A program made the translations under genes and the position numbers. The notes under the pieces were generated by a model. The model did no database searches and was not told where the DNA came from. It worked only from the letters and a program-made list of their open reading frames with translations. Of a DNA stretch of 64,000 bases, positions 35,201-48,484 are shown one piece after another. The DNA is from Klebsormidium nitens (Eukaryota > Plantae > Klebsormidiophyceae): contig DF237207.1 of the NCBI GenBank assembly GCA_000708835.1, positions 55,965 through 119,964 of the forward strand. The letters are read 5' to 3'. Every line of letters begins with the position of its first letter. The first letter of the stretch is position 1.

Positions 35201-36785
35201 TTTGGAGGCATTGTTTCAGCAAAGAGAATCTGGTAGAGAGGGTCTTTCAAGCTACGAAGTGACGGCCAAGGCAACCGGCAAGCATATGGTAACCGAAGGA
35301 GCGAGCAAGGCGCGAGATGAGACAGCAGGACAGACTAGGACGGAGGTCAAGACTGTGCCGAATGGTTCTCTGGCCGCTGAGAAGGTAGAGGAGCCAGTCC
35401 GCTCGACAGGGAGGGTTATCGTCTTTAAGAAGGGGCGATCGGCTGAGACCGAAGGTGCTGCGGGAACTCAGGGGCCCAAAAAGCTCAGGAGCGACGAGGT
35501 CCCGTCAGTTCTGAAAGTAGTGAAAAAGGAGCCGTTTACAGCAGTCGAGCAGGATCCGGGCAAGGAGAGAGCGGAAGGAAACGGCAATGGCAGCCAGCTT
35601 CGAGAAGTGAAGAAAGAGCGGAGTCCTTCGATGGCGCGTACTCTGGGGGGTCGGACTTCAGAGGAGCGAGTAGTGCCAGGTCGTACGGAATCGGAGCGTA
35701 AGGCGGGGCGAAGTCTGGAAGGGCGTTTGGAGAGGGCCAAGTCGGAGCAGAGGTCCAATCGTGATGGGAAGACGGATCGCGATCTGGAGCGGAGGGAAGA
35801 AAGCAAGCCACGCTGGAGGTTAGGACAAGTGGGACATCGAGAGTATGACAGGAGGCCGGCACATGAATTAGAGCAAGAGCAAGGGCGCGAGAGGAGAGTG
35901 AGACACGATGTGCACCGCAGGCTTGAGGAACCAGGGTCCGCCAGCAGCGGCTTCCACGTGGCGAGCCATGAGCATGGCCAGCATGCGGAAGCATCGTCTC
36001 CAAAGGTTGACAGAGACTTCCCGGCGCACCCCAGCATCCGGTGCCTCTCCTTCTGGTTCCGCGCAATTGACGTCGTCTCGCGGATGCTGAGTCACCCGAC
36101 GCCCACGCAGGGGCGGTTCATCAGCTCCGTGGTGGGGATCCTGCAGGAAATGCAGCAGGGGCAGGACTTCCGCGCCCTCTTCCAGCCGAGCAGCAACCTA
36201 GAAATGCTAGAGGCGCTCCGACAGCTGGACGAGCGGGTGCAGTGCCTGATTGACGGCCGAGTCGACTACTCGCCGGAGGCGACCAGGGCCTGGAACATGG
36301 CCATGGATTCGATCCCAGAGGGGGTTCTCGTGTACGATAACTGGTCGCTCATCAAGCTGGAGAAGTTCGTGATGAACAAGCAGGGGGGCATGAAGTACGA
36401 TAGGCGGTTCAACGACGAGCTTCGGCGCGCGATTGAGCAGGAAAAGCAGAAACCCAATCTCCCGCTCAAACAAAGCGTCCTCCTGAACTCAAACGACGTG
36501 TCTCCCAGTGGATCGGATTCGCGGCCCCCCGGTTTTCAGGACCGAGTCCCCTTTCAACCACCCGAGAGGCCTTTCCTTGACCGGGTCGGGCCGAGGCCAG
36601 GTGGCCGGTTTGATCCCCCGAACCGAGACTTCAGGCGCCCGCGAGACATGTCGCCAACACCTTCTTTCCGGCCTAGCGTAAAGGACAGAATCCTGGACCC
36701 CCGCGACACACGGAGGCAGAATGATGCCGGATCCTTTGTGAATCGTAGGTCGCCACGCTATTCAGTCTTCGACTTGGATATGTGA
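32276..36785 (+). CDS. RING (C3HC4) + TRAF-type zinc fingers + coiled coil + charged low-complexity region + unknown helical domain; putative E3 ubiquitin ligase
   Basis: Exon starting at 32708 gives CELC..CGHCFCKPC..CPTC. The ~33508-33720 exon gives C..H..CP..C..C..H..C..C..C..H. The ~34097-34260 exon gives CP..C..C..H..CPY, then IEALRQSLRDKEEE. The last exon runs 34908-36785. Splice phases are compatible at the junctions checked. Confidence 0.8.
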
Positions 36786-39700
36786 CAACCATAATTTTGC
36801 TTGAGGGACTAAGACACATTATAAGCTTGTTACTCGCTTGCTGATTCCGCAGATTGACTTCAAGGAGGACACCGGGCCTTCTCACAGATTTCATGTACCT
36901 ATTTGGAAGGGCGACGTTGCAAGCGGGGGCGCTGCGAATGATCACATGCCAGTATTTGATGTGATTGTCGTTTTTTAACTGGGGATTGAATCATGAATGC
37001 TTGAATGAGCATCAAAGAACTGTGCCTTGGGAAGACGCAAGTTTCATTGAGCCAATTCAGACGGTCACCTTCGTTGTAGCCAATTTGTCTTGACTGCATG
37101 TGGATATATTGAAATCAATGCCATTGTGGGCACAGATTATCCCATCTTTTCAGAGCGTGGTTGCATATCGTTCGCTGGACAATGTCACATGCCCGCTCGC
37201 TCACGCGCTAATTACTTGGACTTTTGCATGATTTCCCGTACGTATGTGAACATCGCGATCCGCGGGACCCGGTTCCATATAAATTGCGTACATGGATGCC
37301 AATAAGAGATCGAATTAAGCCGCCAATGATGATCGACGTGCGCGGGCGGGTGGTCGGTTTTAGTCTCCAAGTCAACATCATTGCGTGTTCACGTACACAT
37401 ACAACTGCACATTACATATGAATTCTTGAGCACCGGTTAATTATACTGTACCACTTAACACCGGCCTGCAGAAACGCATTGACTTTGAAGTCTCTGTACG
37501 TGGATGTAGGTATCCGGAGCCGACTTCGGTAAAGGTCGTTTGAATGTTTAAGAAGGCCATGCTGCTATCGCATGCTTAGTAAGCAATCAAGTCACTGTCA
37601 CGTTGCAAGCTGCCGAAGGCGCCGGGGCTCAGACCAATCTTCAGCGCGATCAGCGCGGGCGACATCGAGGCGGCCGTTTTATGTGGTCTGAACCGCGGGC
37701 TGCATTCCAATGGCCAAACCTAGCTTCTGTGGTATCGCATCGTCAAGCATATTGATGAGGGGAAACAGTCAGTTAGTAAGGCGGCCATCGCGAAACGGGA
37801 TTCTACTGTACGTGTTACCTCAGGCTCCGTCATGGGAATCATGATCTGCAGAAGTGAGGAGATCAAAGTTGAACAAAATTAACCCAGTATGACGTTGATA
37901 GTGACGTAGGCAAAAGCGCCATGATAACTTACTCAGGACCTTTCTATTACTTTGGCTTCTGGCGATCGGAAGCGCATTCCCAGTCGGCTTCCTCGACAAC
38001 AGAACGAAAGCAGACTCTGCTTCAAGTATGTCTTGATACTAAAGGCTGCCTTTGCCATTATAATGGTTTGCCGATTCGCCTCAGGTGTCGTCTTTTCTCT
38101 GATGTCGAGCGAGAAGGTGCAGAAATTCCAGTCAAATTCACCGGCTGGATGGCAGCAGCACAGTTCGCAACCTGTAGCAAGTGACCGCTATGGGATACGA
38201 CATGCTGCTGATCAACGACCATACTAGTCTGTTGTGGAGGCTCACTTTGACACCGCTGCCGCTTCGAAACAGATCAGTCGCATCCAGGATGGAAAACTCG
38301 CTTCTTTAAAGGTGCGAAAACCATCACCGCACGCGCAGCCTTCTACGAAGCTGCGACGTCACATTCGCGCCATGCAGCTTTTGCAATCTGGGGCATGCGC
38401 TAATGCGAAAACGACAACCTGAGCGGTTCGCGACCGAAGCAAAGCATTCTTAGATTCTGAGAGCTCGACTCGACACTTCGTATACGCGGCTCAAGTCAGC
38501 TTCCAACCGTGGCTATCTGCACGACAATCGCTGACTGTCCAATTCAGCAGGGAGTAGTCAGCCGCGTCCACAGAATGACGCACGGTGATGATGTGGCAGC
38601 TCAACCAATGGTCAGTGTAGAAGTGTATCGGACCAACGGTCGTAGGCTCGACACGACGTTCAGCTCGCGCTTGTCAGTCTGTTGTGACGAACGAACCTGC
38701 TCTTCAGGAGAAATGCACAATACGTGAAGAGAATGGTCACTTTCAGTTGATCGATTCGCTTTGGGATTCTCGAAGTCGCGTACACATGGCAAAGCATGCA
38801 CGAACGAGCCTTACAACAAAGCAGCGGGAGGACTCTGGAAATAGACAGGTCAACTAAGGTTCTTGAGACCCGGCTGGACGGTGGGACGGGGGCTGGACCC
38901 CAAAAGCAGCAGCAACAGGCGCCACGTCTACACGTCTTGGTCTCGCAACTTCGTCGAACCTGCGTCTGAAATGCATGGGACTTCGAGTCTGGAAGTTTGA
39001 CGAGCTAAGATCAGATACGAAGTCCTCACTCTGAAGGACATGTGTTGCCGGCCCATTTCAAATGCATTCAGGTGTCTGCTTGGCTGAGCAATTTGGTGTG
39101 GTGATAGACTGGAAGGCGCCCGGCCCAGTACGGAAGCAAGCCGAAGGCAGGTCTAGCTTCAAGATATTTGCAGTTGAGAGACTTCTGGTTGTTACTACGT
39201 GCATGACCACTGGTGACGTTGCTTTTCAAACTTACAAAGGCTTACGTGATCATACCGTGGGCTCAGTGCTAGAATTTGGACCTTTCTCACTGAGCACTTC
39301 GTTCGAACTCATCGAACCTTCAGGGCCCCTTCACGGCCTCTTTATCTCTTAATAACCCGGTGCAGTGCCCAAGAAGCTAGACGTATACCAGTGCTTAGCT
39401 GGTAGCAGCCACGCGGCTTCTGAATGAGGAGGTTCCATGGCCTCTGAATTGCAATGCCAGCTTGAACAGCCGAAAATGAATTCGACTAAAAGGGTGATCT
39501 CCAGGGGCACAAGCGTCCAAGCGGGGGCACAAGTCACGGCTAAGATCGAATCGCGCTCGGCCATCAGGCACGTCTGAGAAGGCTTCGTGTAGAACCAGAC
39601 CCCACGATATCCGTTACCGGCGCTATTAAGCACGCCAAGCTAGCGAGTTGAACATTACCGCACGTACTGCTTCTAAACCTCACAAGATGACACGCGGCGG

Positions 39701-40330
39701 GTAGGTGCAGCCTGCCATCCAGTGAGGCTTCAGCTAGTGACCGCGACTCTTGACCGGGACCCTGACTGTGACTGTGAGTACAGCGCTGCATTCATGATCT
39801 TCTTGGAAGTTCTTCCAGGTTGTTTGTGAGGGCAGTCACGGGAGCAGCAACGCTCTTAGGTTTTGTTTCTTCATGTCGAGGGGTGTAGATTTTTTTGGGA
39901 CCTCCAGCTACTTGCGGAGTCGCTTGCTGCCATGACCATCCTGTGACGCCCGATGTCAGCATTATCTCTCAGAGAGATAAAAATGGAAGGGAAAGACAGC
40001 CAAGGAAGAGCTGCTCATGGCTCTCTATCGCCTGCAGCTCTGCAAACCAACTTGGTGGATAGTTCAAGGCAGACAGGGGTCTAGCCTTGCAGTTTCTGTG
40101 GGCCAAGGCTGCTGGCCCAGACTTATTGTGGATTATTTGGCATGCAACTCTGTGAGAAGGGGCAGTGATGACTGAGCAAGCTGCCCCTTGTATATATTAC
40201 CCTTGCATCTTGTACTAGACTGCCAACTGAGCTCTCTGCTCATCTTGTTCGCCTTGGATTTTTGTACTATTTTTGTGTCTCTAGAGTCTAGTACTTGGAA
40301 GTCGAGAAAACTTGCTGAGCGCAGGTCAGA

Positions 40331-43300
40331 ATGGAGGGGGAGGGTTTCAAGTGGCGGGTCAAAGGTCGCTTCATGGCAGCATTTAACAAGGTGCTCTTTA
40401 GGTGCAAAAAGAAGTGCCAGGTCAATGCTGGCGGTAGCCAACATAGGAGCAGCAGACCACTGGCAAAACCTAGGCATGATTCTTTGTACTCAGACGGCCA
40501 AGAAACTGTACTCTATCCTGGAGGAAGAATATTAACCAGTGGACAGGCTCCGCACAGCGATGCTAGCATTAGCCAGTCAGATCTGGGGGACAGCATTGTC
40601 GAAGCGGATGCAGGGGGTCCGGAAAATGCATTGTCTAGGGAGAGGGATTCATCTGGGGTGGGGCCCCTGACAGTCCAGGATGCTGGTCCATCTTTACCCG
40701 GGCAAGCTAGTCAGGCGATTGTACAGCGGTACGTCGCAAGGGCCCGTGATCAGGGGGGAAGTCCGCAAGCCGGAGGGCCCCCTCAGGCAGAAAGCAGCAG
40801 GGGAACGCTCCCCCTGGTAGAAAGCACGCCTGTGCCCCAAGTAGAAGGCAGCTCCTCAGAAACCGAAGAGCCAGCCGAGGAAAGCGGCCCGGAGTCGCCT
40901 CTGGCGTGTCCCCCAGTAGAAAGCTTCCCTGCCCCCCTCCCTGGGAAAGACCTGAACGTCCTGCTGTGCACAGTGGCCACTCACATGTGGATTGCGGAGT
41001 CGGCGTCCGAGCTCGAGATGCTGGGCGAGATGGTGGATGTCCTGGTGCGCGGGGGGGCCTCGGAATTCCTGCCCGCCATCATCAAGGGCTGCTGGGCCGC
41101 CAGCCTGAGCCGCAGCGGTGTGAACCTGCCCCAGAAGGTGGCGCTCTTCTCCAAGATGGTGCGCGAGGGGGCGCGTCTCCTTTCCCCGGATGAACTGCAC
41201 GAGGCTCTCAGGGTCGCGTCAATGGCGTGCGCCTGCGTGTGGGCCGACAGGGAGAAGGGGGGGCGGTCCGCGGGGGGGTGCCCAGTCAGGGCGCTGCTTG
41301 AGGTCATCAGAGTGCTCATCAGGTGGGGCTGTTTCGTTTTATGTCAGTGGCGTTGATGACTGCACGTAGCTTGCTGACCTATGGTAGTGGCCATTTTGTC
41401 ATTAAAGGGAAGGTGCTCTGTACTGTTGTGGAAGCGGCAATGCTGTGGTTCTTGAACCACTCATTAGGCCTGGTCGTGTGTTCTTTTGTAGTGGGGGATC
41501 AGATGGTCCATTTTGGTTGCGACAAGAAGAGGGTACCGCATCATTTTGAGGACGGGTTCAGATTGGAATCCTAAGAATAGTAGCAAAGAATGATGACACT
41601 CATTGTCCATCTTTTCGCTTGTATCTCAGATGACGGTCCTGCAGCCAGCTTCACATATACAACCAGCATGCTGACAGAAACGCAGTCTGAAAATTCTGGA
41701 TCCTGAATGTCTGGGCTCCTCACAATTTCCTTCGTGTTGGAATCTGTGTAGTCTTTTCTGGCAGCGTGACAACAATGTCAGTGCAAAAGTTTTCAGTGAC
41801 TTGATTCTGTGGAGCTGGGCATAGTAAATTGCGTAGGCATTTTACCGCTGAGGCCGGGTGCAATGATGATTTTAGGTGATGTCGTGCTTCAGGGCATCTA
41901 TAAGTAACGTTCTTGTTTCTGTTTTCGAGCATCCTCTGTAAAGGCCAAAGCTGACCCGCAACTTCAATCGTTTCGTGCTGTATTCCTTCTTACTTGCACT
42001 CAAGTACTGCATTCAGGAAGGCCTTCTCACACAGTAAAACTTTTAGGCTTTGTTTTAACTACGTTCATGTCTAAGAGTTTGTAAAGCAAAGTCGATTTAT
42101 GGATCTTTCTCCCCTGCTTCCCTTCTCAGGGCCGGCGCCAGCAACGTGAACCGCGTCATGCGTGACGTCATCTCGTACAAGATCGACAGCGTGGAGGTCG
42201 TGCGCGTCTTCCTGCGGGAGGACCCCACCAACATTGATGTCAACCGCGCACTGCGCCACGCCACCGCCTGCTCCAGCCACGTCAACGTGCTGCGCTGCCT
42301 CATCCGGGAGGGGGGCGCCTGGGAGCTCTCCCGACCGCTGATGCTGGCGGCGATCAACGGATTCCTGCCAGCTGTCCAGCTGTTTCTGGAGCACGGGTGC
42401 ACCGACTCGGGGTCGCTGTACGGGGCGCTGTACTGCGCAGTCACGGCGGGGCAGTGCACGCTGATCGAGTACCTGTTGGGCGTGCTGCCGCCGGAGCTGG
42501 GGCACGACGACCGCTTTGAGCTGCTCAAGTCTGCGGCGGCGGACGAGAGCGCGCTGCAGGTGCGGCGCACTTCCGACGTTTCTCAGCTGACTTCGAGAGA
42601 GTAGACAGCTTTGGAGGATCTTTGAAAGGCCCTTCTTTACTATTCGACAGCATGGTCTGAGACAGGCTCAGATTAAGGAGGGGCTTCTTGATACTTCAGG
42701 CGTTGGATGTGCAACAGAATCTAAATCTGTTTATCTACTCTATCCGTCTCCTCGTGCATTTTGTGATGATAGATGCTGTCGCTGATCTTCGATTGTTCCC
42801 ATGTACTGCCTCAAAAGTGGCAGTCAGGTTTCATCCGTTTCACGCACACGATGCTCTGAGTCTGTGTCTTCTGCATCGATTTCGGAAGCTGATGCGGGTA
42901 TCCATTTCAAAGAGATCTTCCCACTTTGTCCAAGCCCGTGCGTTCATTGGGAGAGCTGCAGCCCTTTTAATATCGCCTGACAAGCCGACGAAGACCCCTT
43001 GCAACCATACAGTTCGATCTGAGAGCTCGCTTTGTTTTTCAGGGCGTGATCCACCTCCTGCGGTGCAACATCATGGAAAGCGAGTCCCTCACGGTGGCAG
43101 CGGCGGACAGCCTGGCGTCTCGGGAGTCCACGCGGCCCGAGCTGCGGGCCGTCCTGCAAAAGCACTGGACGTCCGAAGCGTACGAGAGGGGCCAGGAAGA
43201 GGGGCGTCGACACGACCTGAACTATGCCCTGGCGGCTTACAGGGGTGACAGTGCGTTGCGCTTGCGGGAGCTTCCCGTCGAGTTGCAGGTTGCGATAGCT

Positions 43301-43498
43301 TATCGGGGCCTGTTCGAACGGTGCAGCGAGTCAGGGGGGCTCGTTTTGCCCCAAAGGTTGAAGGGGGAGCTCGTGGTGGCGGTGGCCAGTTTATACTCGG
43401 GGCAAGGGGTCGGGGGACCGGGTGAGGAGAGGTGGATGCCGAAAGAGGAGCTCGTGAAACGGTTGGAAATGAGGCTTCCTCGACACGTGTATGCTTGA
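40331..43498 (+). CDS. Ankyrin-repeat protein, SKIP35-like; exons 40331-41322, 42130-42559, 43043-43498
   Basis: Ankyrin-like repeats (VNRALRHA, RPLMLAAINGFLPAVQLFLEHG, GALYCAVTAGQCTLIEYLL). The C-terminus ELRAVLQKHWTSEAY..RGDSALRLRELPVELQVAIAY..LPQRLKGELV matches the recalled plant SKIP35 C-terminal consensus. Splice phases 2 and 0 are consistent. Confidence 0.8.
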
Positions 43499-45626
43499 GA
43501 GACTTGGGAACACTAGCTAGTGGAATTTGCACTATTGAGCAAAGGTGTGCGAGTCCTTCAACCAAAGTCGGTCAGTAAGATTTCAAGGTTTCCTAGTTAG
43601 AGAGGGGGCTTCTTCGAGGGCTTCATTAGTCACTATCATCTGAAGTGCCTCTGTCAAGGTCAGTCCCGTCTACGTTTCTTTCGATGCTGCTTTTGGCTCC
43701 CATATTGATTTTGTACAAGACAAAGTGACTCCGACTGTTAACATGCTGAGCTGCAGCTGTTCGAGCTCTTATACCCTGTCAGACGGAGAGGTTTATGTAC
43801 ATTTATCGCATGTGGAATGTACCGGGTCATGACTGGCAGCTCGTGGCTCAGGCTTGAAAAAGGATTTCTTCAACGTACTCTGTGAGCATGCTGGCAGTAA
43901 GTTCAGCATGCATTACACCAATGAGATCTTACGTTCGAAAAGTGGTAGGTAAGCACACGACTGTATCAAGAGTTCGATGCTATATAGAGCGGCGTCAAAG
44001 GCACATGCATCGGAGCAAAATGCCGCCACAACAAAATTGACGGTTGTAGCCTTGTCATGGCAGATCAACCCCATCGTGCATTCATGCGCCAAGGCACTTC
44101 CATGTACGCTTATCAAGCATGCTTACAGGGCCTTCAAGGACATATATGCCTGCCCACGTGTTGCAATGGTACATGCACGACTGCTTGAAGTCAAGTTAAA
44201 GTCGTGCAATTTATACACACTCGCTGCATGCGGCCGGCTGTTTGTGTTAATATTTGAAGAACAGCTTGGCGACAGTTCCGAAGTTCAGGCAATCAAGAAG
44301 ATTGATAGCTCGTCATGCCATGCATGTTCCACGTAGTTTGTCAAGGCGAATTAGCTACTTGATCGAGTCAAGAAGGGAGTGTCACAGCCCAACAAACACA
44401 TGCGCTCATGAGAAAGCGACATCGAGAAAGTCGCAATCCTGGCTAAAACTTCAGCCATGCATCATGCAATTGTATATCATGCAAATATATAGAGCAAGCA
44501 AAGCATGACGGACCACCTATCGCGCTATATGTTTTGGCATCCATCAAATTGCGACGCATAACATGGCAGAACAACGTTGAAACATGAGCGTGCAGAAACA
44601 AACTGAATGTCCTCTTTCCAATTGCGCAGAGTATTTACAAGGAAATCTAGCTAGAAAAACCTTCTTACCCAGCATGTACGGTCGCCTCTTGTGGCCTCAC
44701 TATGTGACCATGTTTGCCATTGCCAACAATGCACCACTGCTCTTCCTTGAAACCTTTCCTTGAGCTGACCATATCAACCTCCCTACACCCATGCAAATCC
44801 TGCTAACCGAATCCAATTCTTTTACAACCTTGGCTATCCGCCAGACTTTCACCCCAATAATGGGGAATTTCAGCCAGTCCATCCCGGAGCTTTATCACTC
44901 GCAAGTTTGCGGGGGCCTACACCCAGACCTGAACGGTGGCAAGTCCAGCACACCTTCTGACAATTCGCCAAAGCAATGCCTCGACCTGCCCACACTCTCC
45001 TGCAATTGCAGAAGAGGAATTGCCCTCAAGCAGTTCTGCCCCGCCACAGCCAATTCGGACTGGGTGCACCATTGTGCTGGGCCTCGACTCGCCTGCTGGT
45101 CCTGGTGCAGACGGACTGCTGTTACCGGTTGCTTCAGCGATCATCGTCGAGCTAGGCGCGCTGCCTCAAAACTCAAAACAAGCAAGCAACGTGCAGCTTG
45201 TGAGCTCACCTGTCAGTGCGTGACAGATCGATTGAGAGGGCAACTAAAGGAGGTCCGTCACCAAGAGGACCGCTTGCCGCAACAGCAGCGGCAGAAAGAG
45301 ACCAGAGCAGAAGCATTTCGGGTGGACCATGGTCCTCCCTTTCGAGTCAGGCTTCTGACGTTTCAGAAGCAACAAGGAGCTGAGCTTACCTAGATGCACA
45401 TCCAGAAAGGACGGCAGGTCAAAAGACGACCGATGGCCATTGCCAAAGGTGGGAGTGGCAACTTAAGCGAAAACCCGCACTCAAAAGACCAAAACCCCAA
45501 GAGCAATCCAGCAATTCGCATGGATGCCACATGAGCAGACTCTAAAACAACCACGCAGCGCTCTATTAAGAGCCCACGACCCCACGCAGCCAAACCAAGA
45601 CTCTGAAGGGCATCCATTGTCAGACG

Positions 45627-47333
45627 TCACTGCCCCCCAGGCCCAGCAGCATTTAGCCCATCCTCCGTTCTCGCCGTGCGCCGTCTCTTCTGCCGCAGTT
45701 GTTGCGCCGCGCCTGCTTCATTCGCTCCGTCACCCTGTTCTCCCATCAGACCGTGTACCAACTGCCGCTGGCGAGCATGCTGCCGCGTACCGCCAAGCCC
45801 GCATGCAGCTGCGGCAGGCAACGCCTCCTGACCCGCCTTTCTCTTCCTGGGCACACCGCCCCCACTTGCGACAACCTGTGCGGCCCCCCTGCCCTGAGCT
45901 CCCCCACTAGGCACCCCACCCAACAACTGCTGCAGTTGCTGCCAGAGACGTTGCTTCAGCTCCACCAACTCAGAGCACGCTCCGCAGCCCAGGACAACGC
46001 ACTGCGGGCTGGACACAAAATCTAGGCACGTCTGCGCCAGCGGAAGAAAGCTGCGGCAATGCTGCATCAGCCGAGCAGAGACCAGGGCCCGCTCCTGCGC
46101 CTCCGCCCGGGCTGTGATCAGAGCACTCCCCATGGCCTTTGACACTTGCTTCACCAGCGCCATCTCCGCCATGGCTTCTTCCAAGTCACCCCGCAGGCGT
46201 TCGCATCCCTCCTCACACTCCCCCTTCAGCTCCAAGGGCTCCGCAACAGCTTTCTCGGTATCTTCCACCGGTTTCTCAGAGCAGGCTTCCACAGCGGCCA
46301 GGCGAGGGAGGACGGCCCCCAACAGTTCTTCTGCACGGCCCTCACTCTCCTTCGCTCTCGCCTCTGCTGCGGCTACGGCATACTTTAGCCAGGTGATCGC
46401 TTCTGTCAGCTCCTCCAGCATACCGCCCTGCTGCCCGCTTTCCTGCGCAGTGGTGGCCCCTCCCTGGACCCCATTTATTCCTCCAACTACTCTCCCTTCC
46501 CAAAGCCCTCTCGTCAGCGCCCTGACACTTCCCTCTAGGTCCGTCTTCTCTGCATCAATTGCTAGGAGCACTCTTTTCAGCGTGTCCCTCTCATTGTGGA
46601 CCCTATGCACTTCTCGCATGCCCTGCTCCACCGCACGCTGCTTCTCCTCCACAACCTTTTTGAGCGTCTCGTTCTCTCTCTCCAAAGAAGTCACCCGTGC
46701 CCGCAAACCCTCGCTCCGCTCTGGAGAACCCCCTGCTCCCATTACGACCTTCTTCCTGAACATCACATCCACCGACCTGGACTCCGCACACTTGAGAGCC
46801 TTGGTCAGCTCCACATTCTTGCTCTGAAGAGCCAGAATTTTCGTAGCCAACTCTGCTCTTGCCGCAACAGCTGCTTCAAGCTCCGGCTTCGCCCTGCCCA
46901 GTTCAGCCTCTAAAACTGCTGCTCGCTCTTCCGCCGCCTGCTTCAACTCACGAAAAGCCACAAGCTCTGCTGTCGTTTGGTCGATTGTGGTCTGAAGCTC
47001 TTCCTCCTCTTGCCTCAGAAACTTCAGCTGTTTTTCATGACTTAGTTCTTGAACCTGGTCCTCCAGGCTCCAGTTCTTCACCATCAGAACACTTACAACA
47101 TCTTCCAGTGGGGAGTTGTAGTAGTGTGAACCGTTACCGGCCCTCTCTAAGGCCAACAGCTTTGCTTTGATATCTCTCATCTCCCCCTGAACCTCTAGGA
47201 TCCCAGGTTGAGGAGTCATTTGCTCTGCTTCAATCTTGATGGCTCTGCTGGAGATGTGTTGCTTAGGAGCATGCCAACTCTTCCTGGAGCCTGAAAGAAG
47301 GCTATGCATCCTGGTGACGAATCCTGGAAACAA
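45627..47333 (-). CDS. Long coiled-coil protein of unknown function (large terminal exon; additional 5' exons likely)
   Basis: 568-codon open frame rich in E/K/L/A heptads, with basic NLS-like motifs PRKRK and RQKRRR near the C-terminus. Acceptor-like TTTCCAG near 47325 and donor-like CCCAG/GTGAGA near 47650 on the minus strand. Confidence 0.65.
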   Translation of the reverse strand: MFPGFVTRMHSLLSGSRKSWHAPKQHISSRAIKIEAEQMTPQPGILEVQGEMRDIKAKLLALERAGNGSHYYNSPLEDVVSVLMVKNWSLEDQVQELSHEKQLKFLRQEEEELQTTIDQTTAELVAFRELKQAAEERAAVLEAELGRAKPELEAAVAARAELATKILALQSKNVELTKALKCAESRSVDVMFRKKVVMGAGGSPERSEGLRARVTSLERENETLKKVVEEKQRAVEQGMREVHRVHNERDTLKRVLLAIDAEKTDLEGSVRALTRGLWEGRVVGGINGVQGGATTAQESGQQGGMLEELTEAITWLKYAVAAAEARAKESEGRAEELLGAVLPRLAAVEACSEKPVEDTEKAVAEPLELKGECEEGCERLRGDLEEAMAEMALVKQVSKAMGSALITARAEAQERALVSARLMQHCRSFLPLAQTCLDFVSSPQCVVLGCGACSELVELKQRLWQQLQQLLGGVPSGGAQGRGAAQVVASGGGVPRKRKAGQEALPAAAACGLGGTRQHARQRQLVHGLMGEQGDGANEAGAAQQLRQKRRRTARTEDGLNAAGPGGQ

Positions 47334-48484
47334 TTCGTGGAGAAAACAGATTCAGCCTCCAAAAAATCAGAGGTTTCTAAAGCTTATCTGGGGCGCCGCC
47401 CTGGTAAATATGCCCCACCCCAACACACTTAAGACATTCAATCGGCAACCCTTCATAAGGAGACGCACCCGCAGAGCAAGACACGTGCTGCTCATTGGAA
47501 TCATCATACATCTCAGGAGATCCCAAACAACTGGGACGTTAGGCCGCTAAAATGAACAGAAACAAGCAAGTATACAGACCTTGATAGTGCTGGCTTCACA
47601 TCATCAGAGACGCCTTTATGTAGTGGAGGGAACAAGGTCTCATCTCACCTGGGAACTCTTCAGCAGCAGTGGAAGATGCTTCTGCGCATCAACGACGACC
47701 AGCGGCCAACAAGCGTCCTCTTTCACTGTTTCAGTAGTCTCCAGGACATGCATGCAAACTGCACCAGTGCAATTCCTCCTGCTAGCCTCCCTTTCTCAGT
47801 TAGGACAGTCCACGCAGGTCCACGTCTAGGAATCGCAGCTCTATAGGACATTAAACCAGGAAGTTAAACTTTGAAGAACAACTTTCGCCGTCGCCGTCGG
47901 TGCTTCCCCCTAAAGGCCCAGGGCCTGCAGCCTCGGGGATCCCCCGCGAACGTCTAGCCTAGCAACGAGAACCCTTGAACTTTTCCGATATCTGCGGATT
48001 GAAGGCAGCTTTGGCGGGCGGCCTCCTCAATCACGAGGGCGGAAGTTGGAGCCCTGTCTCCACAATGGCATCATGATGGCAATTTGGCATGCCAATGGCA
48101 AGCTGGGCAAGGCTTGTACGTTGTACATCTCCTGTGCTCAAGAGATCCTGTAGGGAGCCTACTGAATTGGTGTTGCAAGTTGCCCTATGAGCCGCGTGAG
48201 TTGGCTCGTATGTCTGACATTACCTTGGTGTAGTAATCTTGACTGTCTTTGAGGAGAAGGGTGCCTGCAATTGCAATCAGCTTTCAAAGATGGCCACGTT
48301 GGGGTTGAGGCGGCAAAGGCCATCCGTATTCGTCCACTTTCACAACTGGTCTGAGGACACAGGGAATGGCAGGCGGACATCTGGACTGCAGCTCGTCCTG
48401 TTCCCGGAGGATCTCAAGCGCCCTCCTTCCGGGCCCTACATAACGCACAAGAATGCGCCGAGGCTTCTGACCTCGTGACTGGCA

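Noticed and set aside
39349-39633. AP2/HNH-like GYRGVW motif in a 94-aa minus ORF
   Set aside because: Only a 4-5 residue similarity. The rest lacks AP2 (W.A.I, LG.F, AA.AYD) or HNH features.
48239-48478. UBC/E2-like look of LQLVLFPEDLKRPPSG upstream of the second RING gene
   Set aside because: There is no catalytic HPN/Cys motif, the frame stops at 48478, and the resemblance is too short to support.
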